A DNA stretch of 64,000 nt from an uncultured delta proteobacterium (GTDB lineage: Bacteria > Desulfobacterota > Binatia > Bin18). The translations under genes were made by a program, and so were the position numbers. Location of the stretch: NCBI GenBank assembly GCA_963733195.1, contig CAVTCR010000063.1, positions 22,589 through 86,588 on the forward strand, in the 5' to 3' direction. Each line of letters opens with the position of its first letter. Position 1 is the first letter of the stretch. Shown piece after piece: positions 1 through 8,553 of this stretch. The notes beneath the pieces are model-generated. The model worked only from the letters and a program-made list of their open reading frames with translations, was not told where the DNA came from and searched no databases.

Positions 1-920
1 ATGACCACGGCCGAGACCAGCAGCTCTCTGGCGGGTAGATCGCCGATGCGGTCGATCAAGGTTCGCGCCTGCAGGCCGGTCAGCAGGAAGACCAGGCCTT
101 CGATGAGATACGTAAACAGGTCCCAAAAGAAGACGCCCTGCAGCCGCGTGGTCGCGGTAATCAACAGGGGCCCGTTCCAGCTGATGTAGAGCCCGGTAGC
201 GACCGTGGCGAGCACACCGGAGCCACCCAAATGTTCTGGTACCCAGAAGGCGAGGTAGGGTGTGACCAACGACAGCGTCATCTCGACGTGCGGATCGTGG
301 GCCGTGTGACGGACACGCAGCATCAGCCAGCCGATGGTGATGCCGTACATGATTTCGCCGAGGATGATGGCGACGAACGTGCCCACGGCAGGCCCCAGGG
401 AAAATGTTCCAATGCTCACAGCAGCGACGGCAAACCGGTAGAGGATCAATGCCGTCGCGTCGTTGGCGAGCCCTTCACCCTCGAGGATCACGATGAGACG
501 CCGCGGCAGGCCGAGCCGGCGGGCGATGGCGAGCGGTGCGACCACGTCCGGTGGTGAGACGATCGCACCCAACACAAAGCCGATCGGCCAAGGCATGCCG
601 AGCAGCCAGTGACCGACGCCGGCGACCGCTACCGTGGTGAAGACAACGCAGCCGACAGCCAAGAGTGTGATCGGCCGCAGGTTGAAGCGGAACTCTCTCC
701 AGCTCATCGCGACGCCAGCCGAGTAGATCAGCGGCGGCAGCACCAGCAGCAGCACCAGCTCGGGGACCAACTCGACGCGCGGTAGCCCCGGCACAAGCGC
801 CAGCACGACGCCGACGATGACCAGCAGAATGGCTGGCGGCACCCTGAGTCGCCGTGCGGCAAGCGCGACAGCCGCCACCACGACGAGCAGCAGCACTGCA
901 ATCTGGATGGTCGCGATCAT
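1..920 (-). CDS. Na+/H+ antiporter (CPA1/NhaP-like), N-terminal ~306 aa; 3' end runs off the window
   Basis: Absent from the ORF track because there is no in-window stop. My minus-strand translation from the ATG at 920 gives MIATIQIAVLLLVVVAAVALAARRLRVPPAILLVIVGVVLALVPG...LIVILEGEGLANDATALILYRFAVAAV, which is multi-TM and CPA1-like. Track ORFs 231..557 and 475..1008 are GC-rich out-of-frame shadows. Confidence 0.75.
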   Translation of the reverse strand, partial: MIATIQIAVLLLVVVAAVALAARRLRVPPAILLVIVGVVLALVPGLPRVELVPELVLLLVLPPLIYSAGVAMSWREFRFNLRPITLLAVGCVVFTTVAVAGVGHWLLGMPWPIGFVLGAIVSPPDVVAPLAIARRLGLPRRLIVILEGEGLANDATALILYRFAVAAVSIGTFSLGPAVGTFVAIILGEIMYGITIGWLMLRVRHTAHDPHVEMTLSLVTPYLAFWVPEHLGGSGVLATVATGLYISWNGPLLITATTRLQGVFFWDLFTYLIEGLVFLLTGLQARTLIDRIGDLPARELLVSAVV

Positions 921-1212
921 CGTGGGTATAGGCTTCGCCTTCGGCGTACAGGACGTCGTTCTCGGCGTGAGCGGCGATAGCCAAGTTCCGTGCGCTCCGT
1001 ACGGTCATGAGTATGAGACAACCAGCGATACAGGTAGGGCACCCTCCACCTCTTCACCGAAAGTAGAGTTCTATGCTCTTAGAGAGTTGGCGACAAGCTG
1101 GGGCGAGTTCTGCCATACGCTAGAGTGCCCTATCTCTCCATCTCTTTTTCCACCTCCTGATGCTTCACATGCTGATTTACAACAGGGGCAAGCCCGGGCT
1201 CGTCTTTTCTGG

Positions 1213-1238
1213 CATGTATCTTGTACATGTATCTTGTA
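1213..1238. repeat. Exact 13-bp tandem duplication CATGTATCTTGTA x2 in a divergent intergenic region
   Basis: Read directly from the sequence. It lies between the antiporter start (920, minus) and the lipoprotein gene start (1334, plus) and contains the TGTACA palindrome at the repeat junction. Confidence 0.9.
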
Positions 1239-1333
1239 AAAGAAAATATTGAGAGGCGGACTGAGCTGAGAGATTTACGGCTGGTCTGTGGTCTGCCTCT
1301 CATCACACAAATCATTACTCAGGAGGCTTTGTT

Positions 1334-1795
1334 ATGTGGCGACGCTGGTATAGCATCTGGCTGATTGGAGTGTGTCTTTTCAGTCTCTGTGTAGGGATGA
1401 ATACGGGCTGCGCGGTGTTTCGTGCTACAGGAAGTAGTGTTGAAGCGGTGGGCGAGGGAGCAGGTCATGCCGTGGCGGGTACGGGCCGTGCGGTGAAGCA
1501 GGCGGCAAGTGAAACGAAACGAGAGCATCACCGGACGATGAGGCTTGACGGGGTCGTGTCCGTCTTACATGCAAAGTCGCAAGCTCGGCGGATCGTAGAA
1601 GCGAGGAAGGTGATTGCTGCAGAAAGAGGTATGGGAGGGAGTAGCAAAATCCCCCTCTGCGTGTGGCAAAAATCTCACCGATGCGGTGATACCTTTCCCG
1701 TGCGGCAGATAGAACGCACTGCCCAGGCAGGTGGATCTTCGAGGTTGCTGGAAGCGAGCCTATGCAAAGAGGCCCTCAGGCGTGCCGCCGTGTAG
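1334..1795 (+). CDS. Hypothetical small lipoprotein/secreted protein
   Basis: AGGAGG lies 8 nt upstream of the ATG. The N-terminus is hydrophobic and ends in a Cys (LFSLCVGMNTGC). No family recognised. Confidence 0.45.
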   Translation: MWRRWYSIWLIGVCLFSLCVGMNTGCAVFRATGSSVEAVGEGAGHAVAGTGRAVKQAASETKREHHRTMRLDGVVSVLHAKSQARRIVEARKVIAAERGMGGSSKIPLCVWQKSHRCGDTFPVRQIERTAQAGGSSRLLEASLCKEALRRAAV

Positions 1796-1806
1796 GTGTG
1801 GGGATC

Positions 1807-2343
1807 ATGAGTCTTTTGTGTTCCCTGGGGTCGGTACAAACACTGCTCCCATCCCAACACTTTGACCCCCCAGCAAGCCCTGCCCCGCATACGCCGCCAG
1901 CTGAAGCCTGGTTATCGACCCTTGCGTCGGTCTTGGGTCCTGCGCTCACCACAGTAATTCGTCAAGGCCGAGACCAAGCCTATCCGCGCGGGCAGGCAAT
2001 CCCCGAGTCGATCCGTCGCACTCTGGCTCCCTTCTTCTCGCGTGCTGTCCTACAGAAAGTGCGGTATTCCACTGAATGGCAGGATGCCACGACCGGGGGC
2101 TCCCTTTATACCTTGCTTCTCGGGACTGGAGCGGAAGCTGTGACGCTCGTGGATGTGATTGTCTTCCGTGACGAGCAGCTCGCGGCTGATCCGGTCTTAT
2201 GGGCGCATGAGCTGACGCATGTAGAACAATATGATCGGCTAGGGATCGAGGCGTTTTCCACGCAGTACCTGCAGCAGGCGTGGGTGCTTGAGCACGAAGC
2301 CATAGCGAACGCCAACAAGATTAAACGGCAGCTCTCCCCATAA
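1807..2343 (+). CDS. DUF4157-like zincin (HExxH) domain protein
   Basis: Contains VLWAHELTHVEQYDRLG, the HExxH motif in a DUF4157-type context. I chose the ATG at 1807, which lies after the stop of the upstream ORF. Confidence 0.6.
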   Translation: MSLLCSLGSVQTLLPSQHFDPPASPAPHTPPAEAWLSTLASVLGPALTTVIRQGRDQAYPRGQAIPESIRRTLAPFFSRAVLQKVRYSTEWQDATTGGSLYTLLLGTGAEAVTLVDVIVFRDEQLAADPVLWAHELTHVEQYDRLGIEAFSTQYLQQAWVLEHEAIANANKIKRQLSP

Positions 2344-2623
2344 GGTATTAATATGGTTGGATTCTCTACTGTTGGTAATTGTCGACATTTTTCCTGAGTC
2401 CCTGCATATAGGCGTATGCCATAGCGCGCTTTATGAAAAACCCACAAGTTTCTTTGGAAATTTCTTTGATCCAGTTTTAGGAACAGGGCAGCCGCTCTCC
2501 ATAATTTCCTTCGGAATGCGCTTGACTGTCAACACTCCCATTTCTGGGCTATCCGAAGTCATGTTGGTACGTCTCTTGCGGCCTGAAATAAAGGGATATC
2601 TGCACGAAGAGCAGGATGTGGTT

Positions 2624-4675
2624 ATGACCAAGCGAAAATATCGCGCTTTGATCTGGGTGGGAGCTATTTTTGGCGTGATTGCTGGCGCGACAGTGATCTT
2701 TTTTGCGACGTTGGATTGGAACAAGGCCAAGGGGTATATTTCAGCCGGCGTTAGCAAGGCCACGGGACGTCAGCTGAAGATCAACGGGGATCTCAACGTA
2801 GAGCTCGGTTGGATCTCCAAAGTGCGTGCTAGCCAGATACAATTCGAGAACGCACGCTGGAGCACGCACCCCCAGATGGTCGAAGTTGGCCTCGTCGACG
2901 TGGAGGTCGATCTCTGGCAATTGTTCAAGTGGCGGGTTGTCCTTCCTACAGTCACTATTTCTCAAGCCAAAGTAATTCTCGAAAAAAATGCTGCGGGCGA
3001 GGCAAACTGGGAGTTTCGTGCGGCTTCCGCGGTGACAGGCCCAATCCCGGAGAAGCGTACCGAGTTTCCGGTCATCGAAAAACTCATAGTCAAGGACGGG
3101 ACATTCCTGTTTGCCAATCAGGAAACTAAAACTCAGCTTGAATTGAAGCTCACTCAGGCGGAAGCGACGGGCTTCTTGGAGACACCGGTCAAGCTCAAGG
3201 CAGAGGGCACGTATCAGAAACAGCCGCTGACGTTGTCGTTGGAGGGAGGTTCATATCACAACTTGAGGAGCGCGACGGAGCCGTACCCTCTCGATATCAA
3301 ACTCGGCGTCGGAAAAGTCAAAGCCAACATCAAGGGGCATCTGGCCGAGCCGTTGGAGATGAAAGGAGAAGACGTCACGCTGGATATTCAAGGAGACGAT
3401 ATGGCGAATCTCTTCCCGCTCATCCGACTCGTCTTTCCCTCGACGCCCCCATACAAACTTAAAGGCCGGCTGAAACATGAGGCGCAGGTCTGGTCACTCT
3501 CAAATTTCTCTGGACGCGTCGGTGATAGCGATTTATCCGGGACCCTGCGGGTTGACACGGGACCGAAACGGCCCGTCATGAAGGCCGATCTCGTCTCTAC
3601 CTTACTCGACTTCGACGACTTAGCGGGGTTTATCGGGGCGACGCCGAAAACAACACCAGGGGAGACCACTTCTGAGGAGCAAAAAAAACGCGCCGCTGTC
3701 GAAAAGAAAGACGACCGAATATTTCCCGATCAACCCTATAATCTAGAGCGATTGAGAGCGATGGACGCAGATGTGCAGTTGCGCGCCAAGCAGATTCTCG
3801 CGCCCAATCTTCCCATAGACACACTCGTCGCGAAGTTAAGCTTAAACGACGGCGTTTTGAAATTCGAGCCAGCGACATTCGGGGTTGCCAACGGCCGCAT
3901 CGAACTCTACAGCACGTTTGATGGAGCGAAACGACCCTCCAAGGTCAATATCGATGCTCGGCTCATGCAGCTGGACCTGAAGCGACTCCTCGGCAAGAGT
4001 ACCTTCGCGCAAAATAGCCTCGGCCCTATTGAAGGGCGAATCAACATAGCGGGAACCGGCGAGTCGTTTCGCGAACTCATGGCGACTGCCTCCGGTAATA
4101 CCTTCGTGGTGATGGCCGGCGGGGAAGTCAGCGGGCTGCTCGTTGAGCTGGCCGGGCTGGACGTCGCTGAAACCCTTGGGGTGCTCGTCCAGGGCGACAA
4201 CCCCATCCCCATCCGCTGTGCGGTGATAGATCTTCACGGACAAGACGGACAGATGGACGTCCAAACGCTAGTGTTAGATACCACCGATACAGTCATTTTT
4301 GGTGAGGGGAAAATCGACCTCCGAGACGAACAGCTTGACATCGTCTTGACTCCCGTTCCGAAAGATTTCAGTCCGCTGAGCCTTCGTTCATTTATTCGAG
4401 TGGGGGGAAGCTTCAAGAAGGTCTCGGTATTTCCCGATCCGCTCAAGACCGGGACCAAATCGCTGCTTGCTAAGATTGCCAACGTCTTCATGGTGCTCGT
4501 TTCCGCTGTTGTCCAGCCCAGGGATCTATGGTTCGGCCAGGACATGGACTGCGATGCCCTGATCGCTGGTCTCCAGAAGAAGGATCCGCATGGAGTCGTC
4601 CTCAAAGATGTGCAGAAACCAGGCGGGTCTCAAACAGTTCCAGGAAAAAGAAGGGCGGTGATAACGACACGTTAG
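2624..4675 (+). CDS. AsmA family outer-membrane assembly protein
   Basis: N-terminal TM anchor (KYRALIWVGAIFGVIAGATVIFFATLDWNKAK) followed by a long beta-rich periplasmic region typical of AsmA. The likely start is the ATG at 2624, not the track start at 2357. Confidence 0.8.
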   Translation: MTKRKYRALIWVGAIFGVIAGATVIFFATLDWNKAKGYISAGVSKATGRQLKINGDLNVELGWISKVRASQIQFENARWSTHPQMVEVGLVDVEVDLWQLFKWRVVLPTVTISQAKVILEKNAAGEANWEFRAASAVTGPIPEKRTEFPVIEKLIVKDGTFLFANQETKTQLELKLTQAEATGFLETPVKLKAEGTYQKQPLTLSLEGGSYHNLRSATEPYPLDIKLGVGKVKANIKGHLAEPLEMKGEDVTLDIQGDDMANLFPLIRLVFPSTPPYKLKGRLKHEAQVWSLSNFSGRVGDSDLSGTLRVDTGPKRPVMKADLVSTLLDFDDLAGFIGATPKTTPGETTSEEQKKRAAVEKKDDRIFPDQPYNLERLRAMDADVQLRAKQILAPNLPIDTLVAKLSLNDGVLKFEPATFGVANGRIELYSTFDGAKRPSKVNIDARLMQLDLKRLLGKSTFAQNSLGPIEGRINIAGTGESFRELMATASGNTFVVMAGGEVSGLLVELAGLDVAETLGVLVQGDNPIPIRCAVIDLHGQDGQMDVQTLVLDTTDTVIFGEGKIDLRDEQLDIVLTPVPKDFSPLSLRSFIRVGGSFKKVSVFPDPLKTGTKSLLAKIANVFMVLVSAVVQPRDLWFGQDMDCDALIAGLQKKDPHGVVLKDVQKPGGSQTVPGKRRAVITTR

Positions 4676-4781
4676 CGTGAGGTCATGAAGTCTAACGGCG
4701 GGGCGCTGTCCACCCTAAAGGCCAAGCGTCGACAGACAGCGCAGGGACCGGAGAGATACGCTGCCGTCACCGTATCTTTCC

Positions 4782-5006
4782 TTACGCTGCTTTTGCCTCT
4801 TCATGCGAATTGAGATCTGAAGACGCTGTCGCGGTAGGACTAGCTGCCGTTCGTCGTGGATTGAGTATCCAAAACGACACAGCACTCACCGCAATACCCA
4901 CGGCACTCAACCCGAGTAAGCCACCTAAACCAGACAGCAAGGGTGCAAAGTCCGCAGTCATGTCGAGACTTGCGGCGGCAATAGGGAAAATATCGAAGCC
5001 AAACAT
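4782..5006 (-). CDS. Hypothetical small membrane protein
   Basis: 74-aa ORF with one hydrophobic helix (LLGLSAVGIAVSAVSFWIL). No family recognised. Confidence 0.3.
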   Translation of the reverse strand: MFGFDIFPIAAASLDMTADFAPLLSGLGGLLGLSAVGIAVSAVSFWILNPRRTAASPTATASSDLNSHEEAKAA

Positions 5007-5078
5007 ACTTACTCTCCTTCCAGAATGGCGTCCTGTCGGTACGCCTTCTACCTAGGGATTGCCCGTACTCACCGCGAG

Positions 5079-5097
5079 TCAGTCCACAGTGGACTGA
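5079..5097. promoter_or_regulatory. Perfect 19-nt palindrome TCAGTCCAC-A-GTGGACTGA (candidate operator)
   Basis: Read from the sequence. It lies ~75 nt upstream of the minus-strand ORF start at 5006, inside a 700-nt non-coding AT-richer stretch. Confidence 0.3.
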
Positions 5098-5626
5098 ACA
5101 GGCGATTTTCTGATGCGACTGAATAGTATAATTTTGATACTTTTCAGTAATCCAGAGAGTACAATAATTATACTTATCAGTCAAGTAGAGAAGTCTCTTC
5201 CCTGAATGCAGGCCAACGATACTGGTCATCCTTGGATCACGGTGTTTCAGTGCGTCCTAGTGGCAATTACGTGTGAATAGCGATGCATAGGAGTGAGGTG
5301 AGCGTGGTGCTTCACTGTAGATAGTGTGTAAGGGTGATGAGGTGTTCCCCTCGTCACAAACTGTCTGCTATGATCCTGCTATGGCTAACGATAGGCATGT
5401 CTTACAACTACAACAAGGGATAGCAACTTGGAATACTTGGGGAGTTATCGGACGTAGTACCACTAGCATCTGAATCCACGGCAGTAAGCGGTGAGGACAA
5501 AAGTGCGGTCGTGCTTGTGAGAGATCGTGGCGAGGAGTCGTTTTGTTTCGTCTGGGGGAAGATAGTGCAACTCGGTGTTCATGGGGCGAAGTAGGGCGAG
5601 AGGGATAAAACATTCGCTTCTCTAGC

Positions 5627-5660
5627 GCCAGAAGGTATGGCTAGTGCCAGAAAGTATGGC
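5627..5660. promoter_or_regulatory. Two direct copies of GCCAGAARGTATGGC spaced 19 nt apart (candidate regulator binding sites)
   Basis: Copies at 5627..5641 and 5646..5660, each with GCCA/TGGC dyad ends, 58 nt upstream of the response-regulator ATG. Confidence 0.3.
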
Positions 5661-5717
5661 AAGCTTAAAGGTAGGTAAGGGAGGAATCTGGGTGAGCAAA
5701 AGCGACTGGAGGGATCC

Positions 5718-6146
5718 ATGAATATTTTGCTTGTGGAAGATAACCCGCACGATATCTTTTTCGTCCAACGCGCCCTGAAGATAATGGAGAAGCCGGTAGA
5801 GTTGAATGTGGTAGGGGATGGGGAGGACGCTCTGAACTTTCTGTACCACCGTGAGCCGTACACACAGGCAGCTCAGCCCGATCTCATTCTCTTAGACCTT
5901 ACTATGCCGCGCAAAACTGGGATGGAGGTTTTAACTGAGATCGAACAAGACCTGCACCTCAAGTGCATCCCGGTCATTATACTCACGAGTAGCACTAATC
6001 CCCGAGAGATCGACTTCTGCTATGAGTTGGGAGCCAAGGCATGCTTCGTGAAGTCTACGCGGTTAGGCGAGTTATTTACCTTACTGAAGGCGACCGTCGA
6101 TTTCTGGGGTATGTGCAAGGTTCACACCCTGACGAATGCAAATTAG
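5718..6146 (+). CDS. Single-domain response regulator (CheY-like receiver)
   Basis: Contains ILLVEDNPHD, the phospho-acceptor context LILLDLTMP, ILTSS, and a conserved Lys in GAKACFVKS. Confidence 0.9.
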   Translation: MNILLVEDNPHDIFFVQRALKIMEKPVELNVVGDGEDALNFLYHREPYTQAAQPDLILLDLTMPRKTGMEVLTEIEQDLHLKCIPVIILTSSTNPREIDFCYELGAKACFVKSTRLGELFTLLKATVDFWGMCKVHTLTNAN

Positions 6147-6821
6147 TCAGAATAACTCTTCTGTCTCATTCGTAGTCATGCCCATCCATACCGCCCATGA
6201 AAGTTCGGCGACGGTAACGAAGCCATGATAATAACCTCTCACCGATGGCGCGCTGCCCGTTGGTCTTGGGGTGGCCGATGCGAGGGGATAGCGATGACCA
6301 AGGCCGACTATCGGCTGCATCTACGGCTGGCCGACCCATGACAATCTCACGCTCATTGGTGCGAACTGGGCGAGCTGAGAACTCTACCGCCGGTCCACGC
6401 CGACATTGGAGGCAACTTTACGAGCTCAAGGTACCTAGACGAGAGGAAGCACGCTGCAGAAAACACCCTCCCCTGCAGCACCACGACAGGAGAGCGTCCT
6501 CATCAAGGACGCGAACAGATACCCCAAGCACTCGCCACTCACGGCTTGGGCTCTGCCTCCTGCTCGTGGTCTACGATCGTCCGCTGGCAATCTCGCTCGA
6601 CTAACTTTTCCGGCTGCGTCGACTGCTCCAAGCATCGAGGCAACCGAGCGATCGGGGTCTTGGCTGACATCGGCGCCCACCTTGTCCGCGATCTGCTTGA
6701 GCATCGTCGGCATTCGTGTCCGCATGCGTGAGCAGAGTGACCTGCAAATCAACTGATTGCGGTGCAGGTGTCGGGGCAGGCTTGGCCTCCAGCGCGGAAC
6801 TGGGGGTAGCTGAGCGGGGCG

Positions 6822-7031
6822 TCAGACATCGACGATTTGTTTTACAAAACGCTCACTGAGTTGCAAGTCCCGATTCTGGCTAATCAGAATGAAGGTGGAC
6901 AGGAAAATGGCTTCCAACGAGACGATCAGCGTCAGCAGAGGAAACGGGTAGGGGTCAAAGCCCGCGCTCCCGCTCTCTGGCCGATTCTTTACGTACCCGT
7001 AAAAGTTTGCGCGGGGTTGCGGACAGGTCTT
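6822..7031 (-). pseudogene. DUF1003-family membrane protein remnant (no start codon, truncated)
   Basis: My translation between the stops gives ...GFDPYPFPLLTLIVSLEAIFLSTFILISQNRDLQLSERFVKQIVDV*, which is the DUF1003 core motif. The frame has no Met, and the N-terminal half is missing because the rhomboid gene ends at 7075. Confidence 0.5.
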
Positions 7032-7074
7032 CTAGCGGGCCAGTCGGCCAGCCCTGTGTTTAGCTGTTGCGAAT

Positions 7075-7857
7075 TTACCCCCCGGCAGAGCGCCGGGGCT
7101 GCCAATGCGCTGCCTGGTGGGCGGCTACATAGTCCGACCGCGTGAACAGCTTGATCAAGACCATACCCGTGATGAACCCGCCTACGTGTGCCCAGAACGC
7201 CACGCCCCCGCTCGACTTGTCCCCACCCGCTAGCAGGCCGCTGACGACCTGGATCCCCATCCAGTAGAGGAGCATCGTCCACGCGGGCAGCGCCACGGAG
7301 GTGAGCAGCAAGCCCAGGGGCACCATCGTGAACACTCGGACCCGCGGATAGAGGATAAGGTAGGCCCCCATCACTCCACTAATTGCCCCTGAGGCCCCCA
7401 CCATCGGCACGCCCGACGCCGGGCTGGTCAGGACCTGCAACAGTGCCGCCGCTAGCCCGCACAGCAAGTAAAACAGAACGAACTGCGGCCGCCCCATCGC
7501 GTCTTCGACATTGTTGCCGAAGAGCCACAGAAACCACATATTGCCGAGTAAATGTAACCAGGACCCGTGCAAGAACATGGAGGTGAAGAGGTGAGAGACC
7601 TGCCGCCCCGGGTCGGTGACGCACACCAAGCCCTCGCCCATGGGAAAGCGGGTTCCAGGCGGGAGCGCGCCGGTGAGTTCTCCAGGAATAAGCCCCAGAT
7701 TGCAGACCGTCTCTGCCAGCGACAACGACGCACCAGCCCCTTGCAAGAACAGCCACGCCAGGACATTCGCCGTTATGAGGCTGAGGGTGACGTAAGGCGG
7801 CCGCTGGGTCACGTTCTCATCACGGTACGGAAACATGGTTCTTTCCCCAATCTTCAT
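7075..7857 (-). CDS. Rhomboid family intramembrane serine protease
   Basis: Contains HGSWLHLLGNMWFLWLFG and the GASGAISGVMGAY (GxSG) motif, with multiple TM helices. Confidence 0.9.
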   Translation of the reverse strand: MKIGERTMFPYRDENVTQRPPYVTLSLITANVLAWLFLQGAGASLSLAETVCNLGLIPGELTGALPPGTRFPMGEGLVCVTDPGRQVSHLFTSMFLHGSWLHLLGNMWFLWLFGNNVEDAMGRPQFVLFYLLCGLAAALLQVLTSPASGVPMVGASGAISGVMGAYLILYPRVRVFTMVPLGLLLTSVALPAWTMLLYWMGIQVVSGLLAGGDKSSGGVAFWAHVGGFITGMVLIKLFTRSDYVAAHQAAHWQPRRSAGG

Positions 7858-8551
7858 GCCTCACAGGGAGTCTATTAAGTGCATCGCGGTAAAACTGCCA
7901 TTGAGGAATAAAGCTGTCCATCAACGTGGCGAAGCGGCTATTATGTGTAGGCTCTAACAGGTGGACCATCTCATGCACGACGACGTACTCCAGACATTCT
8001 AGCGGTTTCTTGGCTAGTTCCGTGTTGAGCCGAATGCTCTTGGCATTGGGATTACAGCTTCCCCATTTGGTTTTCATCCGTTGCACAAAGAACCGCGCTA
8101 CGTTCACCCCCATGAGCGGCTCCCATTTGGCGATTAGGGCGGGGACGGCCTGCTTAAGCTGGGCGCGATACCATTCTTCGATAACGGCCTGCTTCTTTTC
8201 CTCGCTCGTACCCGGACGGACCCGCAAGTGCATTGTGTTGTGCTTGAGTTCCACTGCAGGTGCCTCGTCGCTTTCGAATACCTTGAGCAAGTAGCGTTTT
8301 CCCCAGACGTAGTGGCTTTCACGGTCGAGATACTCGCGCGGCGTTTCGCGTTCCTGTTCTTGCAGTTTCTTCTGCTGTTGCTTAATCCAGCCGAGTTTGG
8401 AAATGGCAAAGACACGAATAGTGTCAAGATTCATTCGAAGAGGTGCAGAGATGCGCACTTTGCCAGCAGGCGGGTACACGCTCAAGTGCAGGTTCTTGAT
8501 ATCCTTCTTCACCACATCCACCGCAATCTCACCCAGCTCAATCTGCATCAC
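7820..8551 (-). CDS. M48/YgjP-like (DUF45) metal-dependent hydrolase
   Basis: Contains WGSCNPNAKSIRLN...YVVVHEMVHLLEPTHNSRF. It starts 2 nt after the hsdR stop, a common type I R-M partner arrangement. Its 3' end overlaps the rhomboid start. Confidence 0.85.
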   Translation of the reverse strand: MMQIELGEIAVDVVKKDIKNLHLSVYPPAGKVRISAPLRMNLDTIRVFAISKLGWIKQQQKKLQEQERETPREYLDRESHYVWGKRYLLKVFESDEAPAVELKHNTMHLRVRPGTSEEKKQAVIEEWYRAQLKQAVPALIAKWEPLMGVNVARFFVQRMKTKWGSCNPNAKSIRLNTELAKKPLECLEYVVVHEMVHLLEPTHNSRFATLMDSFIPQWQFYRDALNRLPVRHEDWGKNHVSVP

Positions 8552-8553
8552 TG

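Noticed and set aside
231-1008. Long ORFs 231..557(+) and 475..1008(-), arginine- and alanine-rich
   Set aside because: They are out-of-frame shadows of the GC-rich antiporter gene. The frame starting at 920 gives a coherent multi-TM CPA1-like protein, whereas these give low-complexity R/A/G strings.
5640-5665. Possible sigma-54 promoter (CTGGCAC on the minus strand)
   Set aside because: No TTGC/-12 element sits at the required spacing, and the element is better described as part of a direct repeat.
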